Shown here: piece after piece, positions 36,627 through 45,994 of the stretch
Numbering within the stretch: position 1 is the first letter of the stretch
Layout of the letters: each line of letters starts with the position of its first letter
From: Deltaproteobacteria bacterium
GTDB taxonomy: Bacteria > Myxococcota > Kuafuiibacteriia > Kuafuiibacteriales > Kuafuiibacteriaceae
Length of the DNA stretch: 64,000 nt
Direction: 5' to 3'
Assembly: GCA_040218735.1 (NCBI GenBank)
Contig: JAVJQW010000055.1
Location: 1-64,000, forward strand
The notes under the pieces: model-generated
What the model was told of the DNA's origin: nothing
Seen by the model: only the letters and a program-made list of their open reading frames with translations
Database searches by the model: none
Program-made: the position numbers and the translations under genes

Positions 36627-37715
36627 GTGCCTCGGGCGGGTTGGCGCGGTGCGGCGCTGGTGGCGTTCGCTGTGCTCGCCGCGTGCGGTGAGCCGGCGAA
36701 CGTCGAGCGTGACGCCCGCGGCGTGATCTACGGGGACGACGATCGGGTCGAGCTGATCGATCTTCCGAACCCGGTCGTCCGCCGCGTCGGACGCTTCTCC
36801 GTCGCCGCGCTCGTGCGTAGCGACCGGTTGGAGGCGGGTACGCTCGTGGGGCCGAGCTGGGGCGCCGTCGAGGCGCTGTGTCCCGACGTCCGCTTCCGCG
36901 AGCAGCCCGTCGTCGCGGCCTGCACGGCCGTGCTCCTCGGCGCCGACGTCGTCGCGACCGCCGCGCACTGCGCTCGCCTGTGCGCGCACTCGAAGATCGT
37001 CTTCGGCGCGTACTTCGTCGACGAGGACGGCGTGCTCGCAATCTCGGACGGGGACGTCTACGCCTGTAGCGACGTCGTCGCGGAGCTCCGCACCGACGAG
37101 GACGTCGATGTCGCGTGGCTGCGCCTCGATCGCCCCGTCGAGGGCGCCCTCGTCCCCGCGCGCGCGAGGAGCGCACCGGCCTCACGCGACGAATCACTCA
37201 CCCTCCTGGGGTTCGGCGGCGGCCTCCCGATGAAGGCGGCTCCGAACGGACGTGTCATCGATGTCGGCAACGAGGTCCTTCGGACGTCACACGATGCGTT
37301 CGCGGGGGGCTCGGGCGGTCCGCTCGTCGATGCCCACGGCGACGTCGTCGCGATCTTCGGCGGCGGCGCAAACGACTTCGAGTACACCCCAGACGGTTGC
37401 CGCCGGCCGGTCGTTCACGCCGATGGCGGCTTCGAACGCGCGACGTCGATCGCGACGGCGGCCTCGTCGCTGTGCCGCGCGGACGCCTGTGATCCGCTCT
37501 GCGCCCAGTTCGGGCTCCAGGCGCTCTGCGCGAATGCGTCGGGCGGTTGTTCCGCGCACCCGGGGGCGCGCCGCGGCGGGCTGGGCTGGATCCTCGGCTT
37601 GGGGCTGCTCGTGTGCGCGGCGCGCGCGGCGGGTGAGGTCAGAGGCCCTCGAGCTGCAGCGGCTTCTTCGAGACGAGGCCCGGGAACATGTAGAGCTTCG
37701 CGCCCGACTCGCTGA
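36627..37715 (+). CDS. trypsin-like serine protease lipoprotein with MYXO-CTERM-like tail
   Basis: Lipobox VLAAC, VIYGDDDR, TAAHC, DVAWLRLD, GGSGGP and a GGCSA...WILGLGLL tail. Start estimated; the 3' end overlaps the convergent gene. Confidence 0.78.
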   Translation: MPRAGWRGAALVAFAVLAACGEPANVERDARGVIYGDDDRVELIDLPNPVVRRVGRFSVAALVRSDRLEAGTLVGPSWGAVEALCPDVRFREQPVVAACTAVLLGADVVATAAHCARLCAHSKIVFGAYFVDEDGVLAISDGDVYACSDVVAELRTDEDVDVAWLRLDRPVEGALVPARARSAPASRDESLTLLGFGGGLPMKAAPNGRVIDVGNEVLRTSHDAFAGGSGGPLVDAHGDVVAIFGGGANDFEYTPDGCRRPVVHADGGFERATSIATAASSLCRADACDPLCAQFGLQALCANASGGCSAHPGARRGGLGWILGLGLLVCAARAAGEVRGPRAAAASSRRGPGTCRASRPTR

Positions 37716-38130
37716 TGTCGACCTGCACGAAGCCGTCGTCCCGCATGCGCTCGAGCTGCTTCTCCGCGGCGCGCATGCTCAGCGTGGTCTTCGCGGCGAC
37801 GATGTCGACGGTGACCACGCCCTCCTCTTCGTGGGCGACGCGCAGGATCTGTTGCTCGGGGCTGAGGTCCCTCATGCGCGTCGTGTAGGAAGGGAGCGCG
37901 CCCGCGGTCTTCGCGGTGGCGAGCGCCGCGCCCGCGTTCTCGGCCTCGACCATGGTCTGCATGCGGATCAGATCGACGAGGGTGCCAAAGCCGAACAGAC
38001 CCCAGGTCACGATCCACAGGATGCCGGTGAGCGGGCGGTTCAGATAGAAGCGGTGGAGCCCCGCGACGGGGGTGAAGAAGCCAGCGATCGCCAGCGCGTA
38101 GCTGACGTTGAGGTTCTTGGTCGGCTCCAC
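37639..38130 (-). CDS. TM2-domain membrane protein with C-terminal winged-helix-like domain
   Basis: AGLHRFYLNR..TGILW..TWGLFGFG..VDL (TM2), then EQQILRVA...VTV...AEKQLERM...G...ISESG..LYMF. Confidence 0.8.
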   Translation of the reverse strand: MEPTKNLNVSYALAIAGFFTPVAGLHRFYLNRPLTGILWIVTWGLFGFGTLVDLIRMQTMVEAENAGAALATAKTAGALPSYTTRMRDLSPEQQILRVAHEEEGVVTVDIVAAKTTLSMRAAEKQLERMRDDGFVQVDISESGAKLYMFPGLVSKKPLQLEGL

Positions 38131-38137
38131 CTGGCCA

Positions 38138-40681
38138 TCATGGTCCCACGGGGAGGTCGGACAAGTCGAAGGTGATACGCGCCCGCCCGAACAGCTCCGC
38201 GTACGCACGATCCGCCGCGGCGCGCACCTCGTCCTCCGAGCCCGACAGGAGCGTGTCGAGGGGCCCTTCCCGCTCGAGCGCCACCCGCGCGACGTGACCG
38301 GCGAAGGCCTCGGGCGTCCGATCGCGCTGCGCCGAGATCGCGAGGAAGTGCACGAGCGCGAGGCGCGGCAGGTTCGAGTGCGCGACCTCCGCGAGGTACG
38401 CGGACAGCTCCGCGGTCGCGAACGCGATCGCGTCCTCCGAGTAACCCGCCATCGTCGCGCGCAGCGCAGCCGGGGCTTCGAGCGAACGACCGTCGATCAC
38501 GTGCTGCACCTCGTGCACCTCGACCTTGCGCGCGAGCACCTCCACGATGACGGGCTCGATGCGTCGTCGCACGTCCTCACATTCGGCGCCGCCTTCGCGC
38601 TTTGCCATCGGGGCCGGCTCGATGCGCTGCGCGAGGATCTCGACCGGCTCGGATCGCCAGCCGCCTTCGTAGGTGAGGGTGCCGTCTTCGATGCACGCGA
38701 CGAGCGCGGCGAAGCTGTCGCCGTCGACGCGTGGATCCGCGTCGAGCGCGCGCATCAGGTCGGCGTAGAGGAGGTACGCGTAGTCTTCGTAGATGCGGGC
38801 GTAGTGGGAGAGCGTCCCTCCGGCGAGCGCGGGCGCGAGGTCGTCGCGCCAGTAGTCACGCACCACGTCGAGGATCACCATGCCGCGCGGCTGGTCGCGC
38901 TTCGTCCAGCCGAGCTGACGCTCCACGACGTTGGTGTGATCGAGGCGGTCGACCCACAGCGCGGCGTAGGAGGCGTCGCCCGCGCGTGCGATGCGCGTGC
39001 GCCGGATGCGGTACGTCTTGAGGTAGAAGATCCACTGGTCGCGGCGTCGGTTCCCGAGCACGTTGACGTCGACGTAGAACGGGAGCCCCGCCTCGCGCGC
39101 CGCGACGTTGATCGCCTCGCCGCTGCGTCGCAACGTGCGCGCGTTGTCACGGACGTCGCGCGCCGCTCCCCCCATGCGCTCGATCGCGGCGGCGAGATCC
39201 GGGTGCCCGTCGGCGGCGGTCACCGCGCGCGCGGTGACTTCGTCGAGTAGCGCGTGATCGTCCGGCGCGGACTGACCCGCGGCGATCGCGATGCGCGGGA
39301 GGTGGTCGCGGTAGAGCGCGAGCGCCCACCCGGTGTCGTCGACGATGCGCCACGGCGCGGCGTGCGGCGTCGTGAGCCGGGCGGTGACCGTCGCGCCTAT
39401 CGCGAGGGTGACGATCCCGATCGCCGCCATCGTCTCGACCCGACGGCCCTTCGCGATCCAGCGGGCGATCGGGCTCGAGGGGGGAGGCGCGCGCGGTGGC
39501 TCGTCCTCGGAGGGCGGACGCGAGACGTCACCCCACAGCAGGCGCAGGACGTCGTCGCGCACGAGCCAGTACGGCGCGAGGTGGGAGTGATGATGCGCGA
39601 CCTCGCTGAACAACGCCGCGAACCGCTCCCGCACGATGCGGCGGACGATCGGCCGGTACTCGGGGAGGGCCTTCGCGAAGTCCGGGGCGCTGTCGCCGGC
39701 CTCGAGGAGCGCGCCATACAGAAGCTCGTCGCGGAGGAGTCGCGTGGGGTGGTGACAATCGGCGCCGAGCGGATCGAAGAGCTGCTCCAGGATCCCGGAC
39801 ACCGAGAAGGCGATCGTCATCGTCGCGGCGACGAAGACGGCGGCGGTCCGCGCGCCGAGGAGGACGTAGCCGTCGTCCCCGAAGGTCGCGGCGCCCTTGA
39901 GCCCGAGCGTCAGGAGGATGGCGGGGGGCAGCGCGAGGATCCACCCCGTCGCGCTCGACGTCGTGCCGGTCCGACGTAGGCTTCGCCACGCACCGAACGC
40001 CACCAGCGCCAACGGTAGCGAAGACGTCACGAGCTGCGTGAGCGCGGCGCGGCGGTGGTCGAGCGAGACGTCGAGCGACACGGCCGCGGCCAGTCCGTCC
40101 CACCACAAGACCGCGACGGGCCCGCCCGGGGATGGCCAGCTGAACGCGGCGACCGCGGCGAGGGTCGCGAGCCCGACGAGCGCCGCGGCGATGCGCGCCG
40201 AACGCATCAGCCCTTCGATCCCCGCGCGCCACCGGGTCGCGGCGGCGATGAGCCCGACGGCCAGGACCATGAACGGCGCCGTGCTCTGCATCGCGAGCGG
40301 TACGAGCACGACGAGCCCGGACGCGAGCGGACGTGAAGTGAGGAGCGCGACGCTCGCCACGGCGAGGAGCGCGAGGCCGAGCAGCCCGGTGCTCAGGCGC
40401 GAGCGGCGGCTGCGACCGAGGAGGATCAACCCGACGCTCGCGAACAACAGCGCGATCGCGTGTGCGAGGAAAGCTGGGTCGTCGATCAGGTCGACCGGCC
40501 ACACCAACCCCAGCGCCTCCATCTGGACGGGCCCGAGCGCGACGAAGAGGAGGAAAGCCCCCGCCCAAGCGAGCGCGCGTTTCGCGGCTGGGCGGATCCC
40601 CCCCAGCGTTGGCTCCCCCGCGGACACCCCCAACGCTATCCTGCAGTCCTCGGGCGCAGGATGGAAACCGCGGTCGCCCAT
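38138..40681 (-). CDS. hypothetical membrane protein with C-terminal HExxH (zincin-like) motif
   Basis: About 10 N-terminal hydrophobic helices, and VHEVQHVID...AELSAYLAE near the C-terminus. Confidence 0.65.
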   Translation of the reverse strand: MGDRGFHPAPEDCRIALGVSAGEPTLGGIRPAAKRALAWAGAFLLFVALGPVQMEALGLVWPVDLIDDPAFLAHAIALLFASVGLILLGRSRRSRLSTGLLGLALLAVASVALLTSRPLASGLVVLVPLAMQSTAPFMVLAVGLIAAATRWRAGIEGLMRSARIAAALVGLATLAAVAAFSWPSPGGPVAVLWWDGLAAAVSLDVSLDHRRAALTQLVTSSLPLALVAFGAWRSLRRTGTTSSATGWILALPPAILLTLGLKGAATFGDDGYVLLGARTAAVFVAATMTIAFSVSGILEQLFDPLGADCHHPTRLLRDELLYGALLEAGDSAPDFAKALPEYRPIVRRIVRERFAALFSEVAHHHSHLAPYWLVRDDVLRLLWGDVSRPPSEDEPPRAPPPSSPIARWIAKGRRVETMAAIGIVTLAIGATVTARLTTPHAAPWRIVDDTGWALALYRDHLPRIAIAAGQSAPDDHALLDEVTARAVTAADGHPDLAAAIERMGGAARDVRDNARTLRRSGEAINVAAREAGLPFYVDVNVLGNRRRDQWIFYLKTYRIRRTRIARAGDASYAALWVDRLDHTNVVERQLGWTKRDQPRGMVILDVVRDYWRDDLAPALAGGTLSHYARIYEDYAYLLYADLMRALDADPRVDGDSFAALVACIEDGTLTYEGGWRSEPVEILAQRIEPAPMAKREGGAECEDVRRRIEPVIVEVLARKVEVHEVQHVIDGRSLEAPAALRATMAGYSEDAIAFATAELSAYLAEVAHSNLPRLALVHFLAISAQRDRTPEAFAGHVARVALEREGPLDTLLSGSEDEVRAAADRAYAELFGRARITFDLSDLPVGP

Positions 40682-40896
40682 TCGACCGTTCGGACACCAC
40701 GTCGGGCCTCCGCGTTCCCCTGACCCGATCTGAAGGTAAAGGTATGTAAGTGTATTGTAATGTAGTCAAGTGCTGGATATCACTGCGCTTTTCTGCTTTT
40801 TTCGCGCAACGAGTGAGACGCGTGACCCGATAAGCTGGTCGTTGGTTTCGGGTGCCCAGGACGGCGCCTGGCCAACCACCGAAGGAGAAGCGTCCC

Positions 40897-41094
40897 ATGA
40901 GCTCGTTCATCCAGCAGTACAACCGTGACTCCGCCTTCATGCGCCTCGAGCGCGCGCGCTCGGCGACGCAGGAAGCGTCGTCGCGCTCGATGGAGGCCCA
41001 GCACATCATGGAGGGCCTCCTGAACATGGGCATGAAGCTCGGCGGGATGCTCCTCGGGATGCTCGGGAGCTGCGCGGGCTGCGCCGGCATGTAA
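40897..41094 (+). CDS. small protein (65 aa) with Gly/Met-rich C-terminus ending CAGCAGM
   Basis: Strong RBS AAGGAG before ATG 40897, high-GC3 codons, and an AT-rich promoter-like region upstream. Confidence 0.65.
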   Translation: MSSFIQQYNRDSAFMRLERARSATQEASSRSMEAQHIMEGLLNMGMKLGGMLLGMLGSCAGCAGM

Positions 41095-41119
41095 AGGCGC
41101 GCTAAGCTGACCGTCCCGC

Positions 41120-41626
41120 ATGAAGGACGACATTCTCGAGCAGATCGGGAAGTACAAGGCCCCGACCAAGCTCCCCAAGATCTCGCGGATCGCCCTCGCG
41201 CTCTACGAGGACGGCGGCTTCGAGCTGAACGAAGAGGCGGTGCTCGCGCTGCGCCTCGAGCTCGAATCCTACGAGGGCGACCTCAAAGCCCTGACCGACG
41301 CGAACATCGGCCTCGGTGTGTTCGCGCTCTACCTGCGCGACACCGAAAAGAAGCCCGAGCAGGCCGAGATGATCGCGGCGCTCATCCGCGAGACCGCGCC
41401 GAAGTACCAGTCGATCGGTGAGCGCATCGTCTCGGCCCTCCAAGACCTCGCGGTCAACGCGAAGGAGCTCCTCGATAAGTTCTCCGACCGCGACGACGCC
41501 GCGAAGGCACGCGCGCCGGTCTACGGCGAAGCTGGCCCCGAGGGGTCGCTCCCGCTGAAGAACCTGAAGCCGGTCGGCGAGCCGCCGCCGCGTCGCAACG
41601 TCAAGAAGCCGAAGCCGAAGTCGTGA
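41120..41626 (+). CDS. hypothetical protein
   Basis: Coding-like codon usage and a GTGA overlap with the P450 gene. Confidence 0.75.
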   Translation: MKDDILEQIGKYKAPTKLPKISRIALALYEDGGFELNEEAVLALRLELESYEGDLKALTDANIGLGVFALYLRDTEKKPEQAEMIAALIRETAPKYQSIGERIVSALQDLAVNAKELLDKFSDRDDAAKARAPVYGEAGPEGSLPLKNLKPVGEPPPRRNVKKPKPKS

Positions 41627-42945
41627 AGCGAAAGCGCCCGCCGGGCCCCACGTGGTTCACCGAGGCCCGTCGCCCGTGGGACGCGATCGTCTCCGACCAC
41701 ACCCGCGGCCTGCTCCCGATCGTGCGCAGCCGCTTCGAGCGGTTCGGCGATCTCGTCTACGCGACCGACATCACCGGTAAGCCGCTCATCTCGATGCGGC
41801 ACCCCGACCACGTCCACGAAGTGCTCGTCACACGCGCCGCCGACTTCACGAAGCGGAGCAAGGACCTCGAGGTGTTCCTCGGCCGCGGGTTGCTCACGAG
41901 CGACGGGGAGTTCTGGCGAAGCCAGCGCCGCAAGATCCAGCCGGCGTTCCGTCACGAGAAGCTCGCGAAGTACGCCGAGATCATGGTCGACCGCGCGCGC
42001 CGCATGGTCGACGGCTGGGTCGAGGGCGAGCTGTACGATCTCAACCGCGAGATGATGGAGGTGACGCTCTCCGTCGTCGCGAAGGCGCTCCTCGACTACG
42101 ACACCACCGACGACAACGACCACGTCGCGCGCGCGATGACGATCATCCAGGAGACCGCGGGCTACCCGAGCATCCTGCCGCGCTGGGTGTCGACGCCGCT
42201 GCACAAGAAGCAGCAGGAGGGGCTCGATGCGATCGACGGCATCGTCTTCCCGCTGATCGACGAGCGCGAAGTACCGGGCGAAGACCTGTTGTCGCAGCTC
42301 AAGTTCCCGGAGGAGGGGGAGTCGATGGAGCGTCAGCAGCTCCGCGACGAGCTCGTCACGATGTTCCTCGCGGGCCACGAGACGACCGCGCTCGCGCTGA
42401 CGTGGACGTTCTTCCTGTTGTCGAATCACCGGGACCAGGAGGCGAAGCTGCACGCAGAGCTCGACGAAGTGCTCGGTGACCGAGCGCCGTCATTCGCGGA
42501 CCTCGAGTCGCTCGTGTTCACGAAGAACGCGGTGCAAGAGGCGATGCGGTTGTTCCCGCCGCTGTACTTGTTGCCGCGCGTCGCGGTCCGCGAGACCGAG
42601 GTCGGCGGTTATCCGCTCGCCGCGGGCGACAACCTCCTCATCTGGATCTACTTCATGCACCGCGACGAGCGCTGGTTCCCGGACCACGCCGAGTTCCTCC
42701 CCGACCGCTTCCTCCCGGAGTCGGGCGGCGTGAAGCACCCGCACGCGTTCATCCCCTTCGGCGCCGGGCCGCGCGCGTGCATCGGGCGCCACTTCGGGAT
42801 GGCCGAGGCGACGCTGATGCTCGCGGTGATCGCGCAGCGCTTCAAACCGCGGCTCGCGCCGGGGCAAGAGGTACGCCTGCACGCTCGCGTCACGCTCGCG
42901 CCGCAGTTCCCGATCGAGATGGAGCTGGAGCCGAGACACCCCTGA
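41623..42945 (+). CDS. cytochrome P450
   Basis: AGHETT (I helix), EAMR (ExxR), PDRF and FGAGPRACIG heme ligand. Confidence 0.95.
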   Translation: MKRKRPPGPTWFTEARRPWDAIVSDHTRGLLPIVRSRFERFGDLVYATDITGKPLISMRHPDHVHEVLVTRAADFTKRSKDLEVFLGRGLLTSDGEFWRSQRRKIQPAFRHEKLAKYAEIMVDRARRMVDGWVEGELYDLNREMMEVTLSVVAKALLDYDTTDDNDHVARAMTIIQETAGYPSILPRWVSTPLHKKQQEGLDAIDGIVFPLIDEREVPGEDLLSQLKFPEEGESMERQQLRDELVTMFLAGHETTALALTWTFFLLSNHRDQEAKLHAELDEVLGDRAPSFADLESLVFTKNAVQEAMRLFPPLYLLPRVAVRETEVGGYPLAAGDNLLIWIYFMHRDERWFPDHAEFLPDRFLPESGGVKHPHAFIPFGAGPRACIGRHFGMAEATLMLAVIAQRFKPRLAPGQEVRLHARVTLAPQFPIEMELEPRHP

Positions 42946-43745
42946 TGCTGGAAGGTGTCTCGAAGACGGCGCTCTTCACGCTTCGCGCGCGCGCGGAGGA
43001 GCACGGGCGCGCCGACCGTCGCTTCGCGGATCCGGACGCGGTCGCTTGGCTCGAAGCGCTCGGGTGGCCGGACGAGTTGTCGAAGTTCTACTCGGCGTGG
43101 ATCCAGGCGAAGACCGCGATCCGCACGGTCCAGATCGATCGCATGGTGCGGCTGTGTCAGGAGCGCTTCGAGGTCACGCAGATCGTCGAGCTCGCTTGTG
43201 GGTTGTCGTCGCGGCGTCAGCGCCTGGGGTTCGAGGGGGCGTGGCTCGACGTCGACTTGCCCGCGGTGATCGCGGCGCGCACGTCGCTCGGGATCGAGGG
43301 GAGCGAACAGCTGGCTGCGTCCGCGTTGGATTTGTCTTGGATCGACCACGTCGAAGTGCCCGACCAGACGATCGTGATCGCGGAGGGCCTCGTCTACTAC
43401 CTGCCCATCGAAGATGTCGACGCGCTGTTCACGAAGATGCGCGAGCGCATCGCGGGTGCGGTCGTGGTGCTCGACGTGATCGGCGAGCTCGACTTCGACG
43501 CAGCGAAGCGCTTCTCCGCGCGCCTCGACGCGCCGATCCACTGGGCCGTCGCGCCCCCATTCGAAGCCGCGATGGATGCGATGGGGCTCGACACGATCGA
43601 AGGCCTCGAACCCGACGTGGTGCTCGACGAAGCGCTCTCAGAAATCCGAGGTTTGCTTCGGCCGGTGCTGTCGACGTTCGCCCGCGTCGGTGTGTTTCGT
43701 GATCGTCGAAGTGGAACCATGGTCGGTCGACTCCGCGCGACCTGA
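42945..43745 (+). CDS. class I SAM-dependent methyltransferase (LCM/TcmP-like)
   Basis: VSKTALFTLRARAEE, ELACGL, DVDLP and AEGLVYYL. TGATG coupling to the P450 gene. Confidence 0.88.
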   Translation: MLEGVSKTALFTLRARAEEHGRADRRFADPDAVAWLEALGWPDELSKFYSAWIQAKTAIRTVQIDRMVRLCQERFEVTQIVELACGLSSRRQRLGFEGAWLDVDLPAVIAARTSLGIEGSEQLAASALDLSWIDHVEVPDQTIVIAEGLVYYLPIEDVDALFTKMRERIAGAVVVLDVIGELDFDAAKRFSARLDAPIHWAVAPPFEAAMDAMGLDTIEGLEPDVVLDEALSEIRGLLRPVLSTFARVGVFRDRRSGTMVGRLRAT

Positions 43746-43823
43746 CGGCTGCACCCGTCACTGACGGATCGAACCCTCAGCGCCTTCGGGTTTCGACGTC
43801 GAGTCGCGACTGCGATCGGACGC

Positions 43824-43839
43824 TGGCCCCGGCGTTGCA
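43824..43839 (+). promoter_or_regulatory. candidate sigma54 (-24/-12) promoter
   Basis: TGGCCCCGGCGTTGCA has GG-N10-GC spacing with TTGCA, directly upstream of the lipoprotein-DUF1800-DUF1501 operon. Confidence 0.55.
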
Positions 43840-43852
43840 ATTCAACTTGCGC

Positions 43853-44161
43853 ATGGATGGACTACGCTTCCCGCTGCTCGCGGCCGTCTTGTTCACGGCC
43901 GCCGGCGCAATCACTACCGGCTGTCAAAATTCTGATGCAGAGCTCCAAGCGACCAAGCGCGCCGAGCTTCGGCGCAATTGTCTCGCTCGCTACGACGACG
44001 AGTCGATCCGCGGCGCACGGACCGAGCTCGCGGAGCTGATGCAGAAGGGCGAGCTCGAGCCCGAAGAGTGCCGAAACCGCGGCGAGCAGCTGGAGTCGAT
44101 CGACATCGTCGACTCGATGCTCATCGACGAGATGCCCGAAGAGCTGGAGGTCGAGCGATGA
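43853..44161 (+). CDS. small hypothetical lipoprotein
   Basis: Signal peptide ending TTGC and an ATGA overlap with the next gene. Confidence 0.7.
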   Translation: MDGLRFPLLAAVLFTAAGAITTGCQNSDAELQATKRAELRRNCLARYDDESIRGARTELAELMQKGELEPEECRNRGEQLESIDIVDSMLIDEMPEELEVER

Positions 44162-45984
44162 AGACCATGCTGTTCACCATCGCCGCGCTGACGCTCGTCG
44201 CGAGCCAGGCCGACGCGCAGTGCCTCACCGCGACCGAGCGCAACGCGTTCGAGACCGACGTGCGTCGCCTCCTCGGGACGAGCACGCTCAACAACCACGA
44301 GCTCCACCAGCACGTGTTCTCGCGGCTCGGCTTCGGCCACAACCCGGTGCGCGGGGACGCCTACGACCGGACGTCGACCGCCCAGCGCGCCGCGCTCGCG
44401 GAGCTGATCGCCACGCGCCTGTACCAGGGACGGAGCCTCCGGAGCTGGGTCGCGCAGCGCCTCGCGGGGTTGTCGGATCCGGCGCGCAGCGCGCCGCACT
44501 CGTCGTTTGTGTATCGCGCCGCGGACCAGACGATTCACGAGGCGTACACGGAGGTCCGAAACGCGAGCCTCGAGATCTCTCGGCTCAAGACCGTGCTCGC
44601 GAACGAGACGGACCCGGCGCGGCAAGCGCGCTTGCGGGACCGGATTCGCACGGCGCAGCAGATTCGATCGCGCATCAACGCCGACTCGCGCAACGCCGCC
44701 GCCGCCTATCGCATCGCGCTGATGACGAGCGCGCCGAACGTGGCGATCGGCGACCAGATCCACGAGTTCTGGCGCAACCACTTCAACATCGACGCGACGA
44801 AGACGTCGTGGGCCTCCGTCGACTACGACCGCACCCTCAAGCGGAACCAGTGCGGCACGTTCTACGAGCTGCTCGAGGCGTCGGCGAAGCACCCCGCGAT
44901 GCTGATCTACCTCGACAACTTCCGTTCGCGCCGCGGGCGCATCAACGAGAACTACGGGCGCGAGCTCCTCGAGCTGCACACCCTCGGCGACGACACACTC
45001 CAGTTCTACACGCAGGAGGACGTCGTCGACGCGGCCAACGCGCTCACCGGATGGGGCATTCGATTCACGGAGGTCACGCCCGGCGAGCACACGGCGGAGT
45101 TCGAGTTCTACCAGGGCGGCCACGTCGCCCGGGAGCTCGTGCTGTTCGACACCGCGCCGAAGGGGCGCGCGTTGACGCTCCCCGCGATCGTCAACGGCAG
45201 CGGCAACCCCACCGACGAAGCCGTGCAGCGCGGCGAGGCGCTCCTCCGCTACCTCGCGAACCACGGCTCGACGAAGCGTCACATCTGCAAGAAGCTGTCG
45301 ACCTGGCTGCTCGGCTACCGCGACTCGACGTCCATTCAAGGCTGCGTCGACGTCTGGGGTGAGGACGGCGACCTCGCGGCGATCTACCGCTACTTCCTGA
45401 CGCGGCCCGAGCTGTTCCACAGCAACGGCGCCACGCGCACCACGTTCCAGAACAAACAGCGCAACGCGCAGGAGCTCGTGGTCGGTGCCTACCGTGCCGC
45501 GGGTCGCCCGGTGTTCGACCTCGCGAACATTCGCCGCATCATGACCACCTCCGCGGAGCTCGGCATCCCGCCCGCGCGTTACCCGCCGCCGACCGGCTAC
45601 GACGACGGCAACGTGCACCTCTCACCCGGCGTCTTGATCGCGTACAGCGCGTTCCTGCACCAGTACCTCGACCCGACGAACCTGAGGCTCGAGCTCGCGA
45701 GCGGCACCCTCCGCGGCGAAGCGCTCGAGCAGTGGGTTCGGGATCGGCTGGTCAACGCCAACGCCGCGCCGACCGGAGCCGAGCGCAACGAGCGACTCCT
45801 CGCGCTGAGCGATCGCCTCGTGCGCGACGTCTACAAACAGTTCGGGCTGCCGGGCCGGAAGGCGCGCGCGCTGCACTACGCCTTCAACGAAGCGGACGTG
45901 AAGGACGACGACGGCACGACGCCGGACCCGTTCCGCACGCACTTCCATCTGCTCCTGGGACATCTGTCCGCCATGAAGAAGTGA
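44158..45984 (+). CDS. DUF1800 family protein
   Basis: SRLGFG, EFWRNHFN, HPAMLIYLDN, INENYGRELLELHTLG, YTQEDV..AA.ALTGW and PPTGY. Confidence 0.9.
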   Translation: MKTMLFTIAALTLVASQADAQCLTATERNAFETDVRRLLGTSTLNNHELHQHVFSRLGFGHNPVRGDAYDRTSTAQRAALAELIATRLYQGRSLRSWVAQRLAGLSDPARSAPHSSFVYRAADQTIHEAYTEVRNASLEISRLKTVLANETDPARQARLRDRIRTAQQIRSRINADSRNAAAAYRIALMTSAPNVAIGDQIHEFWRNHFNIDATKTSWASVDYDRTLKRNQCGTFYELLEASAKHPAMLIYLDNFRSRRGRINENYGRELLELHTLGDDTLQFYTQEDVVDAANALTGWGIRFTEVTPGEHTAEFEFYQGGHVARELVLFDTAPKGRALTLPAIVNGSGNPTDEAVQRGEALLRYLANHGSTKRHICKKLSTWLLGYRDSTSIQGCVDVWGEDGDLAAIYRYFLTRPELFHSNGATRTTFQNKQRNAQELVVGAYRAAGRPVFDLANIRRIMTTSAELGIPPARYPPPTGYDDGNVHLSPGVLIAYSAFLHQYLDPTNLRLELASGTLRGEALEQWVRDRLVNANAAPTGAERNERLLALSDRLVRDVYKQFGLPGRKARALHYAFNEADVKDDDGTTPDPFRTHFHLLLGHLSAMKK

Positions 45985-45994
45985 GGACGAAGCC

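Noticed and set aside
34747-37197. 1132-aa minus-strand ORF extending mbnP upstream
   Set aside because: The extension is the antisense shadow of the matrixin and serine protease genes. MbnP has its own signal peptide from ATG 34746.
37639-37715. Frameshift or pseudogene at the end of the serine protease gene
   Set aside because: The 77-nt convergent overlap follows an intact MYXO-CTERM-like tail, and both genes keep their motifs, so a late stop codon is the simpler explanation.
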